A stretch of 50,494 nt of DNA from IMG/VR virus record IMGVR_UViG_2788500486_000002; one strand, 5' to 3'. This document shows positions 27,037-34,042 of this stretch, piece after piece. A program made the translations under genes and the position numbers. This DNA is from a virus. How positions within the stretch are numbered: position 1 is the stretch's first letter; every line of letters begins with the position of its first letter. The notes under the pieces are model-generated. The model worked only from the letters and a program-made list of their open reading frames with translations, was not told where the DNA came from and made no database searches.

Positions 27037-27749
27037 TAAGGTACGAGGGTAGTAATACCCCTCCTATATCTCTTTTGTAATAGCATGGGGGACAAGGAGG
27101 CCGTAGGCCGACTAGGGGGTATCAGCTGTAAATAGATAATGTAATGTTTGTTGTAAGGGCAATTGTAGAGTAGTCACTCAAGGAGGGAGGGGCGACCTAC
27201 GGGAGCCCTGTTCTCTTGTGTAAAGAGTAAATGGAGGCCCTTTGGTAAATCCCCGAGTGGTAGTCGTCAAGAATGCCAACTTTTCTCCGAGAAAATCTTA
27301 AGGCATGTATCCCTTTGAATAGAACCACCCCCCTATCCCCCCGGTACCCCCGTCAACTATTATCTATTCTATGGTATATCATCACATGTATTCCCCTAGT
27401 GTATTGCCTCACTAACACACATGTAACCTATAGGTGACTTAACCTCAGCATCACCCCGCAATACTGCTAATCATTCTCACTCTCACTCCCAAACCCTAGG
27501 TTTCTTGCTATTGATAATCACTATCGTCTATTTCCCCTTTGTCTCTCACTTGGCACACATCTTGCTACGCGCACCCGCGTTCATCATGTCCCGCGTACAA
27601 CCATGTCAAGTATGCTTTACACTTGGTTACATTATATCATCTCGTTAAATTTATTTCACTCCATCGGGAACCATCCCCTTGCCTTTTGCGTTTACTCCGG
27701 TATGCCTGTGAGTAATTCCACTCACTAGCCTAACTTTGGAGTATTGAGA
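27037..27749 (+). other. ORF-free transcribed leader / candidate structured non-coding RNA
   Basis: No ORF of 60 aa or more on either strand for ~0.7 kb downstream of P1. Contains AAGGAGG twice without start codons, CCCCTCC and CCCCCCTATCCCCCCGGTACCCCC tracts, and a CT-rich TCTCACTCTCACTCCC. Confidence 0.4.
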
Positions 27750-27947
27750 ATGTCCAAGAATATCAATGGTTTCCGTCCCCTCGGGAATAATGCCTTCGCC
27801 GTAGTGGCCAATGGGCGGGAAATCGGGAGCGTTGCAAAGGGGACAGGCAAGCGGTGGCATCTGCTGTCTGCCGATTGCCTAGTGTCTGAATGCTTTGAAC
27901 ACACACCGAAACATGCCGAGTGCCTTGTGGTCCTAGGGGCCTGCTAA
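27750..27947 (+). CDS. Hypothetical early protein (65 aa)
   Basis: ATG with GGAG 9 nt upstream. The stop TAA is the first 3 nt of a TAATCTATCATC motif, as for other plus-strand genes. A competing minus-strand ORF was rejected. Confidence 0.45.
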   Translation: MSKNINGFRPLGNNAFAVVANGREIGSVAKGTGKRWHLLSADCLVSECFEHTPKHAECLVVLGAC

Positions 27948-27956
27948 TCTATCATC
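27945..27956 (+). repeat. TAATCTATCATC motif copy 1
   Basis: Exact 12-mer. The TAA is the stop of 27750..27947. The next ATG is 26 nt downstream. Confidence 0.9.
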
Positions 27957-27981
27957 ACAATCAATTGAAGGAACAAGACTA

Positions 27982-28197
27982 ATGACTATCCAACAAGTGT
28001 CCGCCCGCACCTTCAAGAACGCGGTTATCTATCGGCTGTCTTGCGAAGATACTATTCGCCTAGACACTACGCCGGACCAAGTATTCCTAAGCGAAGGGCA
28101 GGCAAAGCAATGGATGACGGCCAACAATGTAAGGGACGCTAAGTGGCAAGGGTACACTACACTTCACTTGCCCAACATGCAGTACGTTAGAGACTGA
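27982..28197 (+). CDS. Hypothetical early protein (71 aa)
   Basis: GAAGGA SD 7 nt upstream of the ATG. The stop TGA begins motif copy 2. Confidence 0.6.
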   Translation: MTIQQVSARTFKNAVIYRLSCEDTIRLDTTPDQVFLSEGQAKQWMTANNVRDAKWQGYTTLHLPNMQYVRD

Positions 28198-28206
28198 TCT
28201 ATCATC
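28195..28206 (+). repeat. TGATCTATCATC motif copy 2
   Basis: 11/12 match. The TGA is the stop of 27982..28197. A terminator lies 22 nt downstream. Confidence 0.85.
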
Positions 28207-28227
28207 GCCCCCTCCACCTTGGATTGA

Positions 28228-28260
28228 CCCGCTAGGCTTCGCGCTTGGCGGGTTTTTCTT
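28228..28260 (+). terminator. Rho-independent terminator
   Basis: CCCGCTAGG (28228..28236) pairs with CTTGGCGGG (28244..28252) in 9 bp including 2 G-U, with a 7-nt loop, followed by TTTTTCTTTG. Confidence 0.65.
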
Positions 28261-28490
28261 TGTCTCTGGTGTGCGATACAATGTATCATTTGCCCTTTCT
28301 GTGAAAGTTTCTTTCCTTTTATTTCAATGACTTATGAAATAATTCGCACACCTTGGGAACTTTCCTTTTCGCCGATCGTCTTCCCTACGTTGATTGATTG
28401 AATTTGCTTCGATTGGTTGACGTTACATATCAATCTTTAGGACATTCGCTGTCCGCCCGCTTTGGCGGGAGTTAAAGAGGAGTTAAGCTA

Positions 28491-28811
28491 ATGGCAAGCC
28501 GTTCTGTACGGCGCGCTAGAGCGAATGAACGCAAGGCGGCTAAGGCCTATCGGCTAGCCTCCCGTGCAATTGCTCACAAGCGCCAAGAAAACCTAGCTAT
28601 TGCCGCAAGTAACCGGCCGCCAACCCCGGCGGAGTTACAAGAATTGCGAGCTTGGCGCGGTGTTACGGATAGCACACAACATGTAGCTAATGCAGCTGCA
28701 TCCAGTATGCGGGAGGCTTCCAACGTCAATCGCGCTGGCCGTGATATGTCCGACTTTGACAAGGCTCGCTTCAAGGCAAAAATTTCTCACAAGTATGGGA
28801 ACCTTTCCTAA
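28491..28811 (+). CDS. Hypothetical basic early protein (106 aa)
   Basis: Strong SD (AAAGAGGAG) 8 nt upstream of the ATG, preceded by the CCCGC-TTTG-GCGGG hairpin. Confidence 0.65.
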   Translation: MASRSVRRARANERKAAKAYRLASRAIAHKRQENLAIAASNRPPTPAELQELRAWRGVTDSTQHVANAAASSMREASNVNRAGRDMSDFDKARFKAKISHKYGNLS

Positions 28812-29131
28812 GCTTGTTGGTTGATACTGTATGGTCTAAGCCACCATTAACGGCTAACACATAGGCGGGGATTAGTACCGCCATGCTGTCACCCATCCCG
28901 ATATGCTAGGGATGGGGCTAGAGTTAACGCGACACTCTGCGAAGCTGTCTCGCATTGACTAAGGCCGGACCCTAACGGGTTGCTGAGCGCGGGGAGTGCC
29001 TCTTACATGGGGCGTCGCTGGGAACCTATACGCGGAAGCTATAGGGACTGGCAATGGCGCTACTGTGGGACTATATTTGGCTGAAATAATCCCCTTAGTT
29101 TACCTTTCGTCTATCGACGTGGGGTTTACTA
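28812..29131 (+). other. ORF-free multi-hairpin region (candidate structured RNA)
   Basis: Successive hairpins: GGCGG-9 nt-CCGCC, CCCATCCC-9 nt-GGGATGGG, GCGACA..TGTCTCGC, CCTATA-9 nt-TATAGG. No ORF. Confidence 0.3.
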
Positions 29132-29156
29132 GTGAGCAATGAGGGCATGACCGTGA

Positions 29157-29168
29157 TAATCTATCATT
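29157..29168 (+). repeat. TAATCTATCATT motif copy 3
   Basis: 11/12 match, intergenic, 48 nt upstream of ATG 29216. Confidence 0.85.
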
Positions 29169-29215
29169 GTCCCTGTGCCGTGCCCTCTTTTCTCATTAGT
29201 AGTGGAGCATGTATC

Positions 29216-29389
29216 ATGCTTGAATATTGGTTCGATGAACACAACGGCCAATGGGTCGTGGCACACAAGCAAACAGGAGCCTTTGTCTCCGCTCACAACT
29301 ATGAATGGCAAGTCAAGGCACAATACGGCCAAGACATCTATCATAACGTCTTTTGTTGCGATCATTTTGAATTTGTGGAGGCCGCGTAG
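29216..29389 (+). CDS. Hypothetical protein (57 aa; MLEYWFDEHNGQWVVAHK...)
   Basis: In-frame ATG inside ORF 29132..29389, with GGAG 9 nt upstream. Confidence 0.45.
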   Translation: MLEYWFDEHNGQWVVAHKQTGAFVSAHNYEWQVKAQYGQDIYHNVFCCDHFEFVEAA

Positions 29390-29394
29390 CTACT

Positions 29395-29508
29395 ATGGCA
29401 ATATTTATATTCTTTGCAGGAATGTTTATCGGCGTCCCTGTTGTGGTGCTGTCTATTCTGGACAGCGCCTATCGTTTTGTTCAAGCATGGAAAGGAAACG
29501 ACCTATGA
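29395..29508 (+). CDS. Possible 37-aa membrane peptide (MAIFIFFAGMFIGVPVVVLSILDSAYRFVQAWKGNDL)
   Basis: Hydrophobic helix. The stop overlaps the next ATG (ATGA at 29505..29508). Confidence 0.35.
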   Translation: MAIFIFFAGMFIGVPVVVLSILDSAYRFVQAWKGNDL

Positions 29509-29660
29509 AATTCACGTTCAAAGGCCGCACGGTGGCCACTATTCCGCACCGGAGTATTCGCTCCAAAGGTGAGACGGAACGCATGAGCGAGGATGCAAAG
29601 GCACTATTGCTCCGCCCTCACACCTTTCGCAATCATTCGGGACTGTTCAGCCATGGGTAA
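29505..29660 (+). CDS. Possible small protein (51 aa; MKFTFKGRTVATIPHRS...)
   Basis: ATGA coupling to the preceding peptide. AAGGAAA lies 6 nt upstream. Confidence 0.35.
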   Translation: MKFTFKGRTVATIPHRSIRSKGETERMSEDAKALLLRPHTFRNHSGLFSHG

Positions 29661-29859
29661 AGCTTATCTAGGCGGGCGAAAGACCGGCGGCTATAGTCTT
29701 CGGGAAAGCCTTACAAGTCAAGGGGTTACAAGCGAAGGGGCTATTCGTGAGCACCTTTCCTTTGTCCACAATACTTTGACAGCCAATCCAACAATGGATA
29801 TAACGCGGTACAGGGTAAGCCCTAACTTTCCCAACGCCGCCCCAACAATGATGGGATAA
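29653..29859 (+). CDS. Possible small protein (68 aa; MGKAYLGGRKTGGYSL...)
   Basis: The ATG overlaps the previous stop (ATGGGTAA). In frame with ORF 29593..29859. Confidence 0.35.
   Translation: MGKAYLGGRKTGGYSLRESLTSQGVTSEGAIREHLSFVHNTLTANPTMDITRYRVSPNFPNAAPTMMG
29776..29804 (+). promoter_or_regulatory. Near-consensus sigma70-like promoter candidate
   Basis: TTGACA (29776..29781) - 17 nt - TATAAC (29799..29804), about 190 nt upstream of gene 29994. Confidence 0.35.
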
Positions 29860-29889
29860 CGACAGCATAGCGATTAGGGGCTGGTGGTA

Positions 29890-29901
29890 TAATCTATCAT
29901 C
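29890..29901 (+). repeat. TAATCTATCATC motif copy 4 (overlaps TGGTATAAT)
   Basis: Exact 12-mer. Here it is fused to TGGTATAAT (29885..29893), the same extended -10 used by the consensus promoters. Confidence 0.9.
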
Positions 29902-29993
29902 GGCCCTTTTCCCCTGCGCTGAGTATGTGTGGGAGCCCTTGAGTTTAGGATTAGCAAGGGTTTGTCTAATACCTAGAAAAAGGATTTAATATC

Positions 29994-30584
29994 ATGGAAT
30001 TGCGTGAAATCAATGCCCGTATCCGTGGCATCCGTACCCGTCGTGAAGGCACCCGCGTTGCTATTCAGGAATGTGCTGTTGGCATCGTCGAACATGCTAA
30101 CGAACACGGCGATTGTTCTGCTGCTCACCGTCTTTGCCGCGCTATGGAGCCGAAGCTTCGCTCGCAAGTGGTCAAGTGGTTCACTGAAATTAGCCCTATC
30201 AACGTCAAGATGGGCAAGACCGCTGCTGACGACAAGGCCAACCTCCGCAAGCCGGAACAAAACGGCTACAACGCCTTCAACATTGACCGTGCCCGTGTTC
30301 TGAAGTGGTACGAGCTGGAAACGCCGGAAAGTGCGCCTAAGGTGTACGATCTTACGTCTTTCCGTGAGGACGTACAAAAGGTGCTTGGCCGCTACGCCAA
30401 GATGCTCGAAGGCGACAACGCCAAGATCACTGGTGCGGCTGCTGATGCTATCCGTGCTGACCTTGCAGCTTTCCACGAGGCTATTGCATCCAACGGCCAG
30501 CGTGAACAAACACCGAACCGCGTTAACGATACTAACCCTGTCGTCGACGCTCCGCTCGCAGCACCTATCGCTGTAGCGGCTTAA
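29994..30584 (+). CDS. Hypothetical protein (196 aa)
   Basis: AAGGA SD 10 nt upstream. Helical, Ala-rich C-terminus. No family recognised. Confidence 0.65.
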   Translation: MELREINARIRGIRTRREGTRVAIQECAVGIVEHANEHGDCSAAHRLCRAMEPKLRSQVVKWFTEISPINVKMGKTAADDKANLRKPEQNGYNAFNIDRARVLKWYELETPESAPKVYDLTSFREDVQKVLGRYAKMLEGDNAKITGAAADAIRADLAAFHEAIASNGQREQTPNRVNDTNPVVDAPLAAPIAVAA

Positions 30585-30696
30585 CAGTCCCTAGTCTATA
30601 GGGCCGACCTTGGGCACCGTCGCAAAACTGCCCCCTCTTTTATAATGAGATACGGGACTAATAAGGTCTGTGACGCCTAAAAGTATCACAGTAATT

Positions 30697-30730
30697 GCAG
30701 GTATTTTAATCGGTTGCCTGCCCCTTTTTC
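30697..30730 (+). terminator. Terminator-like hairpin
   Basis: GCAGGTA (30697..30703) pairs with TTGCCTGC (30714..30721), followed by CCCTTTTTC. Confidence 0.45.
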
Positions 30731-30783
30731 AGGTGTTCGCGCGGGCTTTATCCGTGTCTCTTTCTAACAGTGATAATGAAAGG

Positions 30784-30795
30784 TAATCTATCATC
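30784..30795 (+). repeat. TAATCTATCATC motif copy 5
   Basis: Exact 12-mer in the 18-mer GAAAGGTAATCTATCATC. ATG 30796 follows immediately. Confidence 0.9.
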
Positions 30796-31173
30796 ATGTC
30801 TGATACCAAACCTCTCAACCTCGACGAACCCGTCATGCTTTCCGACGGACGTTCCGCTCGTATTATCTGTACGGATAGGGTGTCTGATATGGGGCGAACA
30901 GTGGTGGCCTTGGTGACTCAGGTAGACCACGAAGCAGCTCTGTATTTCAAGGCTGACGGAACGAGCCTAGGTAGGCTCACTCTCGTGAACGTGCCTCCGC
31001 CGAACCGGTTCTTTAACCTGTACAACAGCACTGCTAGTGACATCTGTGGACACAAATCTCTTGAAAGAGCCCAAGACATAGGTAAGGACACTCCGTACAG
31101 TTGGAAAGGCACTCTCGAAGAAACCCCCGACGGAGCGTTCGTAGCGTTCCACCCGAAGCCACAGCCGGAGTAA
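30796..31173 (+). CDS. Hypothetical protein (125 aa)
   Basis: ORF bounded by motif copies 5 and 6. Confidence 0.6.
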   Translation: MSDTKPLNLDEPVMLSDGRSARIICTDRVSDMGRTVVALVTQVDHEAALYFKADGTSLGRLTLVNVPPPNRFFNLYNSTASDICGHKSLERAQDIGKDTPYSWKGTLEETPDGAFVAFHPKPQPE

Positions 31174-31182
31174 TCTATCATG
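31171..31182 (+). repeat. TAATCTATCATG motif copy 6
   Basis: The TAA is the stop of 30796..31173. The terminal ATG (31180) is the start of the next gene. Confidence 0.9.
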
Positions 31183-31809
31183 TCTGTTCTTGCTGTATTT
31201 ATGTGGGTCATCGGACTGCTGGTGGCCTACGTCCTTGTAGCAAAGCTTACCTACGCTGCCCTTGACGGTTTAGGGTTTTGTCAAACCTGCGATGATGAAA
31301 CACAGTCTATTATGGCGAGTGTGTTTTGGCCTGTCGGCATTCCCGTCATCGTTTCTTTGCAATTGCTGAAAGGTATCGGACACCTCTTGACACCTACTAA
31401 GTGGTTGAAATTGTTCAGCAAATTGAGAGGCAAAAGGGACGACGAGATTATCCCCGGCGTGACTAAGCCTTCGATCATTGCTGCTGACATGCTCGTGGCC
31501 CAGATGATCCAAAACCCCCGTGAGGTCAAAAACCTCTCCTTTTCCACTTCTAAGGTTTCTCTTAGGTGGAGAGACGGGTTGTATCCCTCGTATCAGGTTC
31601 GGAATTTTATCCTCTCTGTTCCCGGTAAAACTGAAATACGCTTCGAGGGTGAAGCTGAGCAACGCCTTATCAAAGGTTTGAAGAAAGCCAAGACCCTCCG
31701 TGACGAGATGCTCAAGGCTGACGAGCTTGCCAAGCGTGAGCAAGAAGCCCTCGACGTAATCGAAGCCCTTACAATTGGCAATACCTCTAACGAACAGGAA
31801 AAGGACTAA
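31180..31809 (+). CDS. Membrane protein (209 aa), two N-terminal TM segments
   Basis: MSVLAVFMWVIGLLVAYVLVAKL and SIMASVFWPVGIPVIVSLQLL, followed by a soluble domain. Confidence 0.6.
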   Translation: MSVLAVFMWVIGLLVAYVLVAKLTYAALDGLGFCQTCDDETQSIMASVFWPVGIPVIVSLQLLKGIGHLLTPTKWLKLFSKLRGKRDDEIIPGVTKPSIIAADMLVAQMIQNPREVKNLSFSTSKVSLRWRDGLYPSYQVRNFILSVPGKTEIRFEGEAEQRLIKGLKKAKTLRDEMLKADELAKREQEALDVIEALTIGNTSNEQEKD

Positions 31810-31814
31810 CTGAC

Positions 31815-32693
31815 ATGCAATATAGACGACACGGCGCTGATTGTTGCGGCGCAGGACACATTTCTGGTTTCGACAACGCTACTCCTGACGACCTTGACCG
31901 GTGCATCGGGGAGCACGAACGATCGTGGGCCGGTACTAACCGAATGATCGAGGTTATCCTCTCCGAACGCCAGATCACTACGGGCCGTATGCCTGCTGGT
32001 CGTACTGGCCAAGACTTCGCTAATCGCATTACGCAAGCTACTCGTGATGCTGGCGGCTGGGCGCAAGTGCTTTCGGAGCGAGGCTTCAAGTTCGTTCGCC
32101 GGTTCCGCAACAGCAACAGCGGCCAGAATTGCTACGTGTTTCACCGCATCCCTGAGGAACTGTCCCTTACGGATAACCTTCCGTTCAACTGGCCGGGTGA
32201 AGCACCGAACGGCGGTCGTGCGGGTGTTGTTGAGGCTCCGGCTCGTAACCCCGTTAACAATGAGCGAGCAAACTTCCTGAGCCTTGGTCACGGAGGCACA
32301 GCAATTAACGCCCGTGTACAATACTTTAACCCTCGCGGCGCTCGTCACGGGCAAACGGGAGTTGTAGTAGATCGTCACGGACATGTCGGTGAACTGGAAG
32401 TTCGGTTCAATGCTGATGGAGCACGTGAACGGTACTCTGTTACGTCTTTCCGTCCTGCTCCGCCTCCGGTTGGTGGCGGTCGTGGTGAACCTCAGCCCGC
32501 CCCTGTTCCCCCAGCTCCGGTTATTATGGCTACTGAATGGTTCGCTGTGTTCGGTGACGGTCGTGAACGTGGGGTGTTCCGTACTCAAGCTGAGCTTCGG
32601 GAAGCGTATCCTCGTGTGCGTCGTTGTCGCCAACGCCAGATTTGGAACAACGGTACTTTCAACTTCCTCCCGATACAAAATATCGAAAGGTAA
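31815..32693 (+). CDS. Hypothetical protein (292 aa) with Pro/Gly-rich linker; first gene of the ligase cassette block
   Basis: ATG with AAGGA upstream. The stop TAA begins motif copy 7. An antisense 290-aa shadow ORF was rejected. Confidence 0.6.
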   Translation: MQYRRHGADCCGAGHISGFDNATPDDLDRCIGEHERSWAGTNRMIEVILSERQITTGRMPAGRTGQDFANRITQATRDAGGWAQVLSERGFKFVRRFRNSNSGQNCYVFHRIPEELSLTDNLPFNWPGEAPNGGRAGVVEAPARNPVNNERANFLSLGHGGTAINARVQYFNPRGARHGQTGVVVDRHGHVGELEVRFNADGARERYSVTSFRPAPPPVGGGRGEPQPAPVPPAPVIMATEWFAVFGDGRERGVFRTQAELREAYPRVRRCRQRQIWNNGTFNFLPIQNIER

Positions 32694-32702
32694 TCTATCA
32701 TC
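32691..32702 (+). repeat. TAATCTATCATC motif copy 7
   Basis: Exact 12-mer in the same 18-mer GAAAGGTAATCTATCATC as copy 5, but followed by ACT rather than ATG. Confidence 0.9.
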
Positions 32703-33083
32703 ACTAATGCTCGCATAGCAGTCTATGGTACGCTTCGCAGGGGAGGCCCGGCTAACGGGTTTCTCCTCGGAGCCAAATACCTAGGCCAAGACAAAATCAA
32801 AGGCACGATCTACAACCTTGGGGCTTTTCCGGGTCTTGTTCTCGACGACGGTGGTGAGGTTATTGTAGACCTCTATGAATTGCCCGCCGACGACAACGGC
32901 TCTATGCTGCAAGAGGTTGACATTTACGAGGGTTATTATCCCACGGATAAAAGTCGTTGTCTTTACCATCGCCGTAACGTCACAACTCTTGAAGGTTGCC
33001 TTGAGGTCATGGCTTACGAATATGCCCACGAGGTTGACAACAAGTGGGTCGTTAAATCGGGTGACTGGTTCAACCCAAGCTAA
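32694..33083 (+). CDS. AIG2 / gamma-glutamyl cyclotransferase-like protein; no canonical start codon upstream of the conserved N-terminus
   Basis: The open frame after TAA 32691 reads SIITNARIAVYGTLRRGGPANG...IYEGYYP...VMAYEY (YGTL motif of the GGCT fold). The first ATG/GTG/TTG in frame is TTG 32880, well inside the domain. Confidence 0.6.
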   Translation, partial: SIITNARIAVYGTLRRGGPANGFLLGAKYLGQDKIKGTIYNLGAFPGLVLDDGGEVIVDLYELPADDNGSMLQEVDIYEGYYPTDKSRCLYHRRNVTTLEGCLEVMAYEYAHEVDNKWVVKSGDWFNPS

Positions 33084-33100
33084 ACTCGGAGATACATACA

Positions 33101-34042
33101 ATGGTTCATCGTTTCGCGGATATGGTTTTTAAGCCTGACTGCTCGGAAAAGTCCCTTGAGGTAGCTCGGGGCATCTGGAAAAACTCTAGCCCAAGCAACT
33201 ACATCAGTTTCGCTTGTGGTTCAGGCGACCCCCATCCCGAAGGCGGAGAAAGCTTTAACAAGTACGCTCGTGCAGCTTGCCACGGGCACGTAGCTGGTTG
33301 GGGCTCTGCCCACAGAAAGCGTTACGATTGGGTAACGTCTCGGCTGTCGGTTTATACTGACGCTGACCGTAAACACCTGAACAAGATTTGGGAGTTTGTT
33401 GGAAGTAAAGATTGCCCGCTTAGTCGGTTCATTCTTAACGCTGACACGATGGTGACGGACCGTGCCCTTGTTGCGTCGACGGATGCTCCACGACACATTC
33501 TTCACCTTCTTAACCTTATCTCTCGCCGAGGTTCGGAACACGCCTACGGCCAGCACCACTACGCTGAGATTGAGCCGTTCCTTGATAACAAGATGGTCGC
33601 TCTTTGGTTCGCCCTTCACCTTGGTTCCAATTTCTCTGACAAGCAAGTCGTAGTGTTCTCTGGCGCGGTACACGGTGGAGTGTTCTACAACGTAGGTGTT
33701 GACTCGCTCAAGACTTTCGCCGTTGACCACGGTGTTGTAACCTACGACACCGCTACGTTCCGTGAGAACCGCAATTACACTGGCACTTCTAGCATGATGG
33801 GCCAGAACCGTGGTCAAGCCAGTGCGTACAACGTTATCGCTGATCTTCTCAAAGAACCCGATATTGCTGCTCAGCTTGCCGAGTATCGCTCTAAGCGCGA
33901 CGGCAAAGTCGAGGTTGCAGTGCCTAATCCGTTCAAGCCTCAGCCTGCTACTTCTGGCAAGCCTCTTGCGGGTCAACTCACTGGCGAGGAGTTCAAGAAT
34001 TTCCTTTGTCCAATCCTTAACGAAAGGTTCCCAACACCGTGA
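33101..34042 (+). CDS. Hypothetical protein (313 aa), cassette member
   Basis: GGAGA SD 8 nt upstream. 4-nt overlap (GTGA) with the next gene. No family recognised. Confidence 0.65.
   Translation: MVHRFADMVFKPDCSEKSLEVARGIWKNSSPSNYISFACGSGDPHPEGGESFNKYARAACHGHVAGWGSAHRKRYDWVTSRLSVYTDADRKHLNKIWEFVGSKDCPLSRFILNADTMVTDRALVASTDAPRHILHLLNLISRRGSEHAYGQHHYAEIEPFLDNKMVALWFALHLGSNFSDKQVVVFSGAVHGGVFYNVGVDSLKTFAVDHGVVTYDTATFRENRNYTGTSSMMGQNRGQASAYNVIADLLKEPDIAAQLAEYRSKRDGKVEVAVPNPFKPQPATSGKPLAGQLTGEEFKNFLCPILNERFPTP

Noticed and set aside
27651-27860. 69-aa minus-strand ORF overlapping the plus-strand ORF 27750..27947
   Set aside because: It has no SD and would be transcribed against the strong early promoter. 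The plus-strand ORF has a GGAG site and ends in the recurrent TAATCTATCATC junction. Neither ORF is strongly supported.
31806-32678. 290-aa minus-strand ORF mirroring gene 31815..32693
   Set aside because: It is almost coextensive with the plus-strand ORF and rich in Ser/Thr/Arg/Val. It lies in a block where every flanking gene and all motif copies are on the plus strand.
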